A stretch of 64,000 bases of DNA from Octopus vulgaris (lineage: Eukaryota). The notes under the pieces are model-generated. The model saw only the letters and a list, made by a program, of their open reading frames with translations, searched no databases and was not told the DNA's origin. The position numbers and the translations under genes were made by a program. The stretch lies in NCBI GenBank assembly GCA_951406725.2, contig OX597831.1:33790001-33854000 (forward strand), written 5' to 3'. Below, piece after piece: positions 1 to 12,221 of the stretch. Position 1 is the stretch's first letter; each line of letters opens with the position of its first letter.

Positions 1-2
1 TG

Positions 3-176
3 AATTTTGAAAACATTCCACATCAAATCAAACTGACAGACGATTCGGGTTTGCATGTGGCCGCCGAAGGCAGAAACCCACGTCGCTACGTTTGTCGTAG
101 CAAATCACACTTGAAGATCAATTACCCACAAGCACGGAAACAACAAGAGCAACAAGATCACGAACAACAACAATAA
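3..176 (+). pseudogene. LINE ORF1 fragment with degenerate gag-like CCHC knuckle
   Basis: Frame 3 reads LHVAAEGRNPRRYVCRSKSHLKINY, aligning to the intact LHVVVEGRKPRCDICGPTYHLRLSC at 28435-28740(-). Confidence 0.65.
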
Positions 177-1042
177 CCACAAGAAAATCAAAAACCGAGA
201 AAAAAAAACAGCACTGCTACCCACTCCGCCATATGCACAACTAATTAAACAGCTCTACAAACAAATGAGGGAACATCAGCAACCCACAAGCCAGTCCAAC
301 CAAATAACATCACCAGCGCCACCAAGAACAGAAACAACATTATCACCACCAACAACAACAGCTCCAAAGGAAGAAGAGAAAACCAAAAAGGCTCATACCC
401 CACCCCCAAAATCCATATACCTCATCCCAACTGTCACCAACCAGCACCACCACCACCAATAACAAAATCAATACACGCAGAAATAGACATCAATACCCTT
501 CTCCTCCCACCTTCTGATTCCTCCGACATGTCAGTTGAAAACGACACAGAAGATTGGCAAGTGGTCACAGTGGGGAGAAAAAGGGGGAAAAAGAATAGAG
601 AAGCAGACAAACAAAGTAAGGAGGTTTACCACTCCCGAAACCAAAACACCAGCAGAAAACAAAAGCATCAACACAAACACACCAACAACAAACCCGCCAA
701 CAATGTTGACAGCTATAAACACCAACAATCCAGACCTAATGGAATACATTAGGTCAAACACCAACATAACAGAAAATGATACCAAAACAAAAAATTACCG
801 CCACAACACATTAAAATCATACACATAACACAGATCACATATTGCACACTGAAATTTCTCTACCCGGATGCAGTAGGGAGATTTCAAAAATACCTGTCAA
901 AAACCCCCAAAAAACTACAAAAACCTTCTAGGAGAAGACTGTGAAGTGAAGGACAAAGAACTTTCGGACAGTGACTCTCTCTCTCTTTCTCTTTTCACTT
1001 TCGTCTTCCTTTCGTGTGTAAAACACATCTTTCGACAGGAAC

Positions 1043-4000
1043 ATGCTCAAAATAGGTAGTACAAATGTACGTGGATTGGGGTAGCCTTGGAAACAAGGAT
1101 ACCTATCAAATGACATCAAGTCGCAGAATCTGAATATCATAGATATCAGCGAGAGCAGACTCCACAACTTGTGGCCCTCCAGCACATGTTCGGCGTTTAT
1201 TTTTCTCCGTGTCTGCCGAGAATGCGCAGAGGTGGCACCGCGGTGCTTCTTCGGAAGAGTCTGCACCTCAAAGTAAGAGCACTTTTCCTAGTCCCAGAGG
1301 GTAGGCTGGTCGTCTTGGATGTCGATAGCAGTAATAGGTGTGCTTTTCGACTGATAACATCCGAATGTGCCAATGTGGATATGGAGCAATCGCATCGGGT
1401 CGTCCAGATCGTGTTTAGATAGAGTATTCTGTAGGACAGTGGATAAGGAAAGTGTAGGTTGTCCACAATTCCATATAATCAACTACACAGATCACAAATT
1501 CGTGACTTGTACACTTGACTTAGATAAGACACATGGGCAGGGTCCCAGTTATTGGAAGCTGAACGCGTCGTTCACGACACGCCAGGTTTACAGGGACTGT
1601 ATTAGCACATTAGTTAAGAAAGCATTGACGGGTGCCATCGTCAACAATAGATGGTGGTATGCCCTAAAGAAAGCAATTAAAGTAGAATCGATTAGGTACA
1701 GTAAGGCCCTAGCATTAGATCAAAATAGAACAGAGGGAGACCTATTTAAGAAATCAGAAGAGGCACTTAGAACTGGTATCGTGTCCAATGTACTGGTGGC
1801 AAGGTTGGCCCTAGACCAACACTTCAACGCCAAACACGAAGGATGCGTTGTCAGAGCTAGGATGCACGCTCTAAGGAACGAAGGAGTTGGAGCCACCCGA
1901 GAGGCCCGTGAGACCCGAGTGGCGGAGGCCCCACGAGGCAACAAAGCCACCATTAGGTTTCTAACAGATGAGAATGGGTGCGAATTACTCGAGCCTGAAA
2001 GGATGTGTGAGGCCTTTCAAAAACACTTTGCCCGACTGTTCGGGACAGCTTGTTGGTCAAAACACAGAGTGGACTTTAGTGCCTACCTGCATAGCCTGAA
2101 ATGACTGTCGGCAAGAGAGGCGGAGTGTTGTAAATGATCCATCACAGCCGCGGATGTGCGGGATGCGATGGCAGTGTGTAGGAGAGACAAGTCACCAGGC
2201 TTGGATGGTCTGTCCTGAATTTAGTCACATGCCAAACTTGTTTGGAGGCATCTTGGCAGCTGTCTACTGCAACTGGCAGCAAAACGGGAGTATCCCCGTT
2301 TCTGTGAAGCGAGGAGCGGTGGCACTGCTAAAGGGAGATTCAAACAAGGAAACGCCATAGATAACTTCAGGCCCATCACTCTGCTCAACGCAGATTTGAA
2401 GATTTTGGCCAAGGTGTTAGTCAAGAGGTTAGTGCTTGTCATCGAGAAACTGGTCGACAAGGCGCAAACGTGTGCCGTGCTGGGTAAGAGTATCCATGAC
2501 AACCTCCATCTGATGCGCTACATTATAGACAGAGTACTTGGGGAACCTGGCATTGGTGGGGCGCTGATCAATTTTGATCAACCAAAAGCTTTCAATAGAG
2601 TAGACCATCGCTACTTGGATGCTGTCCTTAGAGCGGTTGGTTTCGCCCCCGTCTACGAGGTTGGATCGCTGCCTTATACAGCAGCATTCGCTCGGTAGTT
2701 CGCGTAAATGGTTATCTGTCTATACCATTTAACATTAAGCGATCGGTTCGCCAAGGATGTCCCCTCCCGTCGCTTCTGTACGTATTGACTCTTGAGTCCC
2801 GCGAGAGCTGGGATGCAGGAGGAGTGAATCTGCATACGCGGACAACATCACCATGATAGTGTCGAGCCACTGGCTTATCGACCTGGTCGGCGAGACACTA
2901 AAAGAATACGAAGCGGTTACGGGAGCAAATATTAACCGGGAAAAGTCAGTGGGCTTGTGGAGAAGCAAGCCCATGCCGTCCAACAGCATCTCCATCATGG
3001 GACGGTGGACCGACGGACCGGTTAAATTGCTCAGTGTCTGGTTCGGTCCGGACCTTCAAATGGAGAAGAGCTGGGGCGAGATAACGTGTAGGGTGGCCAC
3101 TCTCGCCAGGAATGGGCCGAGAGGAAGCTATCCCTAAAAGGTCGGCGGAGGTGGCGAACCCGTACATCGCATCCGTCATCGATTACCGTCTGACCGCCGT
3201 GCCTTGTCCCGACCCTACCAGCACCAAACTAGAACGCATACTCCTCTGCATTTTGTGGAAGGGAAGCGTTCCGATGGTTAGGCGATGCATTTGCTGTCAA
3301 CACCCGCTAAATGGAGGGCTGGGCATGCCGTGGTTGATGATGCGCAGACATGCACTGATACTGCGACATCTCCAGCGCTTCATAGACGACGGTGAACAGG
3401 TGTGGTCACCGATTGTGCGTCGCGCTTTCCCGCAGCGCGTCTCTTTGGCAGAACTGCAGTCGTGGATCAGAGACCGAGGTTAGACGAATGGCACCGCGAG
3501 TGCCGCCTTGCTCTCAAGCAACTCTGCAACTTGTGCAATTTCAATTCCACAAAGGCGTTCTATAGAGGGTTATTGGAGGGGAGGTACGACGACGTTCTCG
3601 GGCAGAATCTGGGCATCGACGAAGAACACTTGATCCGCCTGTTGAGGACAACTTTTGGGCCGGGACCTATGGACAACCACCAGAGATCCCTGGCTGGAAG
3701 TGCAATCGAGAAGCATTGCAGGTTCGGGATAAGCTCTACAAGCACGGTTCGAGACACACTGGACCGACTTGCCCGAGATGCTGTCAGAGTGACAACACCG
3801 TTCTGCACGCACTCGTGTAGTGTCCAACCATTTTGCTGTTTCCTTAAAGACAGAAAGAGTACGGTCGCGCATAGAAGCGGTCGAAATGCCGAGTAACATT
3901 ACTCAGGACCTTATGGTAAATTTACTCGACAAGGTGAGTAGCTCGGCGATAGGGAGACTTCTTCCAGTTCTTATGGACTTATGCCGAATGGCTGTTGTTA

Positions 4001-4144
4001 CGAGTGGGACGAGTGCGCCTGTCGGCCGAGTCTATCGTGAAAATTGCTCCGCCACCTTCTCTCAACCGAGAAGGCAAAGCTGTGTTCAGCGAACTGGTGG
4101 CCATGGTGAAAGAATGTGTGTGGTGGATTCGAGCGAAAGGTTGA
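1043..4144 (+). pseudogene. Tx1-like ORF2 pseudogene (APE endonuclease, reverse transcriptase, C-terminal zinc finger)
   Basis: MLKIGSTNVRGL; LDRVF/TDHK/YWKLN; NFRPITLLNADLKILAK; FDQPKAFNRVDH; RQGCPL; YADN; GGLGMP; CPRC..H..C. Many stops, frameshifts and internal deletions. Confidence 0.9.
3833..3971 (+). repeat. Perfect 139-bp inverted copy of 5575-5713 inserted into LINE ORF2
   Basis: Base-by-base reverse-complement identity; the LINE reading (CPTI ... LWTYAEWLL..RVRLSAESIVK) resumes right after it. Confidence 0.95.
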
Positions 4145-4423
4145 GAGACAAAGACTTTCCTCTCTGGCCAATCGCTCATCAGCTTTTTCAAGTACCACTT
4201 TACACTTTACACCATAACACTGTGATACATGGTCCCTATTGCTCGTTTTTTTCCTTTTTTTCCCCTTTTTTATTTTTATTTATTTATTTTCTTCTTTTCC
4301 TTTTACGATCCCTTTTGATCGAAAACCTAACCCACCTTTTTTTCTCTCCCCCCCCCAAAAGAAAAGCTCTACTTTGTAATCTGACCCGTCTGTGTGCAGC
4401 CCTGTATGGCTAATAAAGAAACA

Positions 4424-4513
4424 TATCTATCTATCTATCCATCTATCTATCTATCAATCTATCTATCAATCTATCTATCTACCCCCTCTCTCTATCTATA
4501 TATCTATATATCC

Positions 4514-4559
<46 letters not shown>

Positions 4560-4619
4560 TTATCTATCTATATGTATGTCTGTCTGTCTGTCCGTCCATC
4601 CATCCATCCATCCATCCAT

Positions 4620-4655
<36 letters not shown>

Positions 4656-4661
4656 CCATCC

Positions 4662-4717
<56 letters not shown>

Positions 4718-4815
4718 CCCCCTCTCTCTCTATCTATCCATCTATTTGTCTTTCTCTCCCCCTCTCTCTCTATCTATCCCTCTATCTACCTTTCCCCCCT
4801 CTCTCTATCTATCCA
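4424..4815. repeat. Compound (TATC)n/(TCCA)n microsatellite
   Basis: Direct reading. Confidence 0.95.
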
Positions 4816-5612
4816 CCTAACCATAGATGGAGGAGATGGATAAATGGATAAAATTATGTCTATGTCTTTTTTGTCATTTACTTCTTTTACTCATTGAACT
4901 GCGACCACGCTGGAACATCGTCTTGAAAGCGGTTTCAATGGAACACATTGACTTCAGCACTTAGGCATTCCTCTTTTTGCCGAACAGCTAAGTTAGAAGG
5001 ACGTAAATAAACCCATACCAGTTTTCAAGCGGTCAAGTGGGGACAAACATAGACACTAAGATACATACATACACGGATACAGGCACACACACTCACATAC
5101 ACCTATATATATATATATATACATACACACATCACTTTTCATTTCTTTATTTTTCTTTTTTAGGAATTGAAATAAATAGCAACCTTATAATTTCTTATTC
5201 TGTGATGTGACTGAAGCAGCGATATTCAGAAATATTCTGAAACAGTCGTTAAATGGAACGCATAGCTATTAAATTCACTTCAAACTTAAATTTATTTTAT
5301 GAGGTATCAAAATTTTTTATCGTACGACTGAAACCTGACCACGGAACAAGTTCTGACAACTCAAGAAAAAATATGAAAAGTTTAAAGTGAATTTTAACAT
5401 TTTTATCGAGTATTAAACGTCTCTTCTACGGGGTCGTTGCTTAAGATATTTTTTCACTTTAAAATTATGTCTTTTGTTGGCTGACTCGTCTCGAAGAATC
5501 CGTCTTGCGATTCTTTCCTGCGCCTTGTTCTTAATACCGGAGTTGTGAGCTCACAATGCGGAAAAGATGCTGCTAGAACTGGAAGAAGTCTCCCTATCGC
5601 CGAGCTACTCAC

Positions 5613-5696
5613 CTTGTCGAGTAAATTTACCATAAGGTCCTGAGTAATGTTACTCGGCATTTCGACCGCTTCTATGCGCGACCGTACTCTTTCTGT
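5613..5696 (-). CDS. Predicted internal exon of unidentified host gene (TERVRSRIEAVEMPSNITQDLMVNLLDK)
   Basis: Acceptor ttgctgtttccttaaag, donor AAG|GTGAGT, 84 nt, phase 0-0, open frame in unique sequence. Confidence 0.7.
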
Positions 5697-6236
5697 CTTT
5701 AAGGAAACAGCAAGCGATGAAGGGGTAGACCAAGGGCGAAATGATTGCATAAAACCCAATTGGTAACAATTGTCAAGACAGAAAGCGTAATGGTAGGTGC
5801 ATCTAATAAAACCCTAGGGAAGCGATAGCTGAGGAGTCTACCTTCAAGACTATCTCAGGAATAAAGGGCGAAGGTGGATAAATAGATAAAATTACGTCTT
5901 TGTCTTTTATGTTTTCTTACTTCTTTCAGTCATTGAACTGCGACTATGCTGGAGCATCGCTTTGAAGGTGGTTTTAATGGAATATATTAATCTCAGTACT
6001 TATGCGTTCTTTTTCTGCCGAACAACTAAGAAGGACGGAAACAAAGCTACACAAGTTTTCAATCGGAAGTGACAAACATAGTCACTAAGATACATACACA
6101 CACGGACTGACATGCACACACACATACATATACACATACATACACACGCGCACACACACACATACACACACACACACACAAACACACACACACCAATAAT
6201 GTGTGTGTATGTATGGATTATGTATGTGTGTGTATG

Positions 6237-6495
6237 CAGGTTGTAAGTTCGTCGGTTCAATTCCCAGCGATGCGCTGTATTCTTGAGCAAGACACTTTAT
6301 TTCACATTACTCCAGTTCACTCAACTGGTAAAAATGAGTAGTACCTGTATTCCCAAGGGGCAGCCTTGTCACACTCTGTGCCACGCTGAATCGCCTTGAG
6401 AATTACGTTAAGGAGTACATGTGTCTGTGGAGTGCTCAGCCACTTGCACATTAATTTCACGAGTAAGCTGTTCCGTTGATCGTATCACAACGGAC
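6237..6495 (+). mobile_element. tRNA-derived SINE with cttgagcaagacact body; tail shared with 48775-48905
   Basis: B-box ggttcaattccc; tail tgtctgtggagtgctcagccacttgca shared with the 48577 copy. Confidence 0.7.
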
Positions 6496-6499
6496 TGCT

Positions 6500-6534
<35 letters not shown>

Positions 6535-6810
6535 TCTTTATCTATATATTATATTTAAAAGGAAAATACAGGTAGGTTCAACAATTTAGATCAATAAAAC
6601 ATGTACTCAGCCATAAAACTGGTGTATGCAAATTATTAAAATATTTATTGTATCACTCATTAAAATATTGAAAAATATAAAACAATTTACAGATACATAG
6701 ATATATGAAAATAAAATAGGCATATATGGGTTGAAAAACTATACTGATGTATAAAAATATATTAGCATCTTAAAAGGTATATATTGAAAACGTATATATA
6801 CGTTTTGAAA

Positions 6811-6849
<39 letters not shown>

Positions 6850-6901
6850 CATACATACAAACATACATACATAAATATATACACTCACACTCATATGTTT
6901 T

Positions 6902-6953
<52 letters not shown>

Positions 6954-7002
6954 ATAGATTACTTGATACTGTCACAAATTTACAGAAAATCTTTTAAAAA
7001 TT

Positions 7003-7230
7003 ACTTTTACTCTTTTATTCTTTTAATTGTTTCAGCCATGTGACTGTGGCCATGCTGAAGCACCACCTGTAGTCGAGCAAATCGACCCCACGACTTATTC
7101 TTTGTAGGCCTAGTACTTATTCTATCGGCTTCTGTTGCCGAACGCTAAGCTACGGGGACGCAAATACACTAGCATCGGTTGTCAAGCGATGTTGGGGAGG
7201 GGGGACAAACACAGACACACACATACATAC

Positions 7231-7291
<61 letters not shown>

Positions 7292-7635
7292 CGAGAAAGA
7301 AGCAACAAGAATGGATTCATTCTTGTTGCTTCTTTCTCGTTTATAATCACCCCACATTACTGTATGGTTAACACCATATAGTTTTCTGGTGCATCTAAGT
7401 TAAGTACCGTATTCAAGTAAATTCATTAGAATTGACTTGAATCTTAATTGCTTTTATCTATATATATATACATATATACGACTGGCTTCTTTCAGTTTCC
7501 GTCTACCAAATCTAATCACAAGGCTTTGTCGGCCCGAGGCTATAGTAGAATACACTTGCCCAAGGTGCCACGGAGTGGGACTGAACCCGGAACCATGTAG
7601 TTGGTAAGCAAGCTAGTTACCACACAACCACTCCT
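7003..7635 (-). mobile_element. SINE family A (tRNA head, internal microsatellite) with a small hairpin-ended insert
   Basis: Same head and tail as 21581-22011; extra segment ~7291-7455 lies in the internal (TA)n. Confidence 0.85.
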
Positions 7636-7979
7636 ACAAAATATTTTTTAAAATGTTACACACCTTTGGAGAAGAAGTTTTCAGATAGATTTTTAAATCT
7701 TTTTTTTTTTCAATAGTTAATAGCGTTTTAAAAAATCTTTCTTTTTACTCACACACACAAAATAATAACAATAATAGCCTGGTGTTGACAATTCAAAGAC
7801 TATATTAACGCATCACATGTTTTTGCATCCCACATGTTAATTAGATAACAATTTTCCATATTGTTTATATATTACTTAAGATTACACTTAATTTTCACGA
7901 ACTTGAAATATATTGTTTATGAATTTGAAATTTTTTCTGAGGCTTTTGCCTATGCAAAGTAAACGATATGTGTGTGTGC

Positions 7980-8010
<31 letters not shown>

Positions 8011-8056
8011 GTGTGTGTGTGTGTGTGTGTGTGCGTGTGCGTGTTTGTGTGCGCGC

Positions 8057-8157
8057 TCTTTCGCCGAACCGCTAAGTTACGGGGACGTAAATACACCAGC
8101 ATCGGTTGTCAAGCGATGTTAGGGGACAAACACAGACACAAACATATACACACACAT

Positions 8158-8211
<54 letters not shown>

Positions 8212-8372
8212 TTATACGACAGGCTTCTTTCAGTTTCCGTCTACCAAATCCACTGACAAGGCTTTGGTCAGCCCGAGGCTATAATAGAAGAGACTTGGCC
8301 AAGGTGCCATGCAGTGGGACTGAACCCGGAACCATGTGGTTAATAAGCAAGCTACTTACCACACAGCGACTT
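8057..8372 (-). mobile_element. SINE family A, partial
   Basis: gccgaaccgctaagttacgggg...gggactgaacccggaaccatgtgg. Confidence 0.85.
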
Positions 8373-8395
8373 CTGTATATATATATATATATATA

Positions 8396-8496
<101 letters not shown>

Positions 8497-9246
8497 AGAG
8501 CAAGATAGATAGATAGGCAGTTGTAGTAACGCTCCATGGATTCTATATCCTGTTTTCCAATCGACGCGGTTATCCAGCGATCTTTTGCGCTGCTCTCTTT
8601 TTTTCTCATTTACCATCAATGGCTGCTGGCGCCCTTAGCTATTGTTTACATTCAAATGGAAAAGAACGGTGACCGACTCCAAAGTGTTTTGTTTGTGCCT
8701 TTATCTACATTTATACTATCCATCCATTATTGAAAATGGTTTCCTATGTTAACAAAGGTAACAATGTTACGAAAAGGTAGTAAAGAAAGCATGCAACTCT
8801 AACATTGCACTTGAAAATTGAATTATTTCGACGTTTGGAAAGAACTGAAAAGCTGAATGCCATGTTGCTTCGCATATAAAATAGATTTTCTTCCTCAAAT
8901 TATGATATTTGGGAAGAAAGTGACCAGTTAATAGAATATATGAGCGAATCAGAAAGTTCTAAATATACTGATGTGTAGTAAACATTAAAAAAAAATCAAA
9001 ATTTTCAGAACTTAATCTAGTGTTATTTAAGTTATTTAGAGCAAAGTGATTTGAATGTATGCCAATTTCAGGTTCAGTGTTCAAGGAAAAGATCAGGCAG
9101 GTGTACAACGATATCAGTACGACAGGGAGGCTTTCGTGGCTTCACTTTAGTAGTTTGGATACTTTCAAATATGACATGGTTCTCGTAAGCTTATTTTGTA
9201 AAGAAATGTAAAGAAATGTGCAGTTATTGAAGCTGGTGAAAAATAC

Positions 9247-9298
<52 letters not shown>

Positions 9299-9462
9299 AT
9301 GTATGTATGAATATAAATACGATCGAATCCTCTGGGTGATAATATGGGTCTCCTAACGGCAATGTAAGCTTATAATCATATAATGAAGGTACCCTTGGCC
9401 TGAAGAGTAGCCTGTGGTAAACACCTCGGTTGGATAATTACTACTTCCGAGGTTCCAATCTC

Positions 9463-9558
<96 letters not shown>

Positions 9559-9584
9559 GGAGAGAGTTGAAATTTATGAAGAAA

Positions 9585-9730
9585 CAGAAGACGAAGACAG
9601 GTGTATGAACAAGAAAGTGTATTAATTTAACGTTCGGGAAAAATGAAGTCTTACGTTTCGAGCCTACGCTCTTTAACAGAAAGGAATAAGAGGAAATAAA
9701 AAGAGAGAATAAGAGGAAATAAAAAGAGAG
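9585..9730 (-). mobile_element. Penelope-like terminal (pLTR) fragment
   Basis: Minus strand aagagcgtaggctcgaaacgtaagact, homologous to 57755-57912 and 58832-59025. Confidence 0.65.
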
Positions 9731-9731
9731 A

Positions 9732-9762
<31 letters not shown>

Positions 9763-10378
9763 GGCGTTTCACCTCCATTTCCCCCTACCTTCCAATCTGC
9801 TCCTACCATCTTACTCATCCTCCGCGTCACTTCCAACCGCTTTTTGCGTGCCATCATTGACTCTTGACAGCTTTCTCTCTCTTGCTTACTCCATCTCCTC
9901 GCACTGAACCCCTTCGCTGCTCATTCTATTCTTTGTTTCTTTCCCCATCTTAACCGCCTTTTCCACATTATTGCTCGCACTAAACACAACCAACTTCAAT
10001 TGCTCTTTCATCGTGTCCCACCCTCGCCTACACTTTCTCCCACCCCCACCTACCGCTTCGTCCTCCTCTCTCTCTTCCCCACCTCCCATCGCCTCCATTA
10101 CGCCTTCTCATCTCAACTCCCCTTCCTTCATCCTCCCTCTACCCTTCACTTTGTTGTTACTATTCCTCCTGATCTCTCCGGCTTTGAAGCTGAGCGTTCT
10201 CACACTAGTAGGGGGTCTCTGAAGGTTTTCTCCATAAAAGTTCAGCTCACTCTTATAGAAAAAGTAACAATAAGAAATCCCATGGGCGTTAAACTCAATA
10301 AAAGCGAAGGAACACGGCTCTGTATTTGACAATGCATCTGGTACTACTAAGACAAAGCATTTTGCTATTGGAATATTG

Positions 10379-10582
10379 AAGGCGGCGGGCTGGCAGAATC
10401 GTTAGCACACCGGGCGAAATGTTTAGCCGCATTTTGTTGATCTTCACATTCTGCGTTCAAACTCCACCGAAGTTTTCTTTATCTTTCATCCTTTTCAGGT
10501 CAATAAAATAAGTTCCAGTTGTGCACTGGGGTGAGTGTAATCGATTTAACCCCTCCTAAATTGCAGGCCAAAATTTGAAACC
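10379..10582 (+). mobile_element. SINE family B (Nin/Deu-like central domain)
   Basis: aaggcggcgggctggcagaatcgttagc head; ctttcatcctttt..ggtcaataaaataagt core. Confidence 0.8.
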
Positions 10583-10695
10583 GAAATATAGAAAAACTAA
10601 AAAGCGGTGAGATGACAGAATTCTTAGCATATTGAGTTAAATGCTCAGCGGCATTTTGTCCATATTCACGTTTTAGGGGAGATGGAGAGGAGGGA

Positions 10696-11495
10696 GCTTC
10701 ATGGAAAAGTCTGAGGGGAGAGGAAGCGGAGGAAGGGGAGGAGGGAAACATCTTGGAAAGTTCCAAGGAGGGGTATTTCCTGGAAATTTCCGAGGAGAGA
10801 GTAGATGAAGAGAAGGAGATGGACTTCCTGGAAAGTTCCGAGGGGACAGATGAAGGGGATTTCTAGGAAAGTTCCGAGGAGGGAGAGATGATGAGGAAGA
10901 GGAAGAAGAGGGACTTCATGGAAAGTTCCGAGGAAGGGAACTTTCTTGAAATTTCTGAGGAGGGGGGCTTCCTGGAAATTTCCGAGGGGTAACGAAGGGG
11001 AGGAGGGTGACTTCCTGGAAAGTTCCGAGGAGCGAGATTCCTGGAAAGTTCCGAAGTGGGGAGGTGAAGAGGAGAACTTTCTGGAAATATCCGACAGTGA
11101 GTTCCGAGAGTGAACTCCAGGAAAGCTCCGAGGAGGGAGAGATGAAGGGGAAGAGAACACTATAGAAAATTCCAAGAAGCAGGACTTCCTGGAAAGTTTC
11201 GAGGGGTGATGAATGGTAGGAGAAGAGGGGGAATAAGAGAAGAGGACATACTGGAAATTTCCGGGGAGCAGTACTTCCTGGAAAGTTCCGAGGGAGAAAT
11301 GAAGAGGTGGTAAGGTCTGAGTATAGGGGAGATGAAGGGAGGAAAGGATGAGAGGGATTTCCTGAAAAGTTTCGAGGATGGGAACTCCTTGGAAATTTCC
11401 GAGAGGGGAAGATGAAGGGGAAGGGCAGGAGGGGGATTTCTGGAAAGTTCCGAGGAGGAGAGATGTAGGTGAACAACCTGGAAAATTACGACTTG
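10696..11495. repeat. Array of ~20 degenerate TTCCTGGAAA(G/T)TTCCGAGG repeats with variable GA-rich spacers
   Basis: Copies near 10777, 10825, 10915, 11012, 11038, 11185, 11275, 11438 and others; splits a family B SINE (head 10601-10674, remainder ~11536-11650). Confidence 0.9.
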
Positions 11496-11824
11496 GGGGT
11501 GATGAATGGGAGGAATGGGATGGGGGGGACATCATGGAATCAAATTCCACCGTAGTTTACTTTGCTTTCGATCCTTTCAGGGTCAAAAAAATTTAATCGT
11601 CTTATTCCTCGTCCAAAATTGCTGGCCTCGTGCCAAAAGTTGAAGCCAATATATGAGAAAACCCAGAGCGTTTCAGAAAGTGCTTGTGTTTATGAGGCTC
11701 GTAGTATAGCGTGGATATCGGTGGAGATGTTTAAGAAACTTCCTGTAAATAGTTTTAACACAGTCCAGCTATGACTACAGATATATAGATACACAAACAC
11801 ACACACACGTGCGCGCTCATACAT

Positions 11825-12197
11825 AGGTGATGGCGCTGCCGTGTGGTTAAGAACTTGCCTTCAAACTATGTGGCCTTGAGTTCAGTCCCACTGCGCACCA
11901 TTTTTTTCGGTAAGTGTCTTTTACTATAGCTTCAAGTCATCCAAAATTTTGCGAGCGGATTTAGTAAACGGAAACTGAGAGAAGCCATACACATATGTAT
12001 ATGTACATGAATATATATGTATGTATGTATACACACACACACATATATATATATACAACAGGCTTCTTTCAGTTTCCCTCTAACAAATCCACTATGGTCG
12101 GCCCAAAGCTATAGTGGAAGACACTTGCCTAAGGTTCCACGCCGTGGGACTGAACCCGGAACAATGCAAACTACTTACCACACAGCCACTCCTGCGT
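11825..12197. mobile_element. Two SINE family A heads in inverted orientation around a microsatellite
   Basis: + head ~11825-11990 (gagttcagtcccactgcg); - head ~12055-12197 (gggactgaacccgg). Confidence 0.75.
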
Positions 12198-12221
12198 TTG
12201 TATATATATAGTTAATCCAAA

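Larger units (their letters stand above)
1..4421 (+). mobile_element. Decayed Tx1/L1-like non-LTR retrotransposon (ORF1 remnant, ORF2 APE-RT-CCHC, 3' UTR)
   Basis: ORF1-like zinc knuckle at the start, ORF2 motifs 1043-4144, T-rich 3' UTR ending ...AGCCCTGTATGGCTAATAAAGAAA followed by (TATC)n. Confidence 0.9.

Noticed and set aside
5454-5759. 101-aa standalone minus-strand ORF, and the 197-aa ORF at 3820-4413
   Set aside because: Better explained as an 84-nt exon with intronic read-through, and as its inverted copy fused out of frame to LINE sequence
10696-11495. CRISPR array
   Set aside because: Eukaryotic context, no cas genes, repeats short and degenerate, spacers low-complexity and of irregular length
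10699-11550. 283-aa and 186-aa minus-strand ORFs
   Set aside because: Open only because the pyrimidine-rich repeat strand lacks stops; overlapping frames are open and the translation just mirrors the DNA repeat
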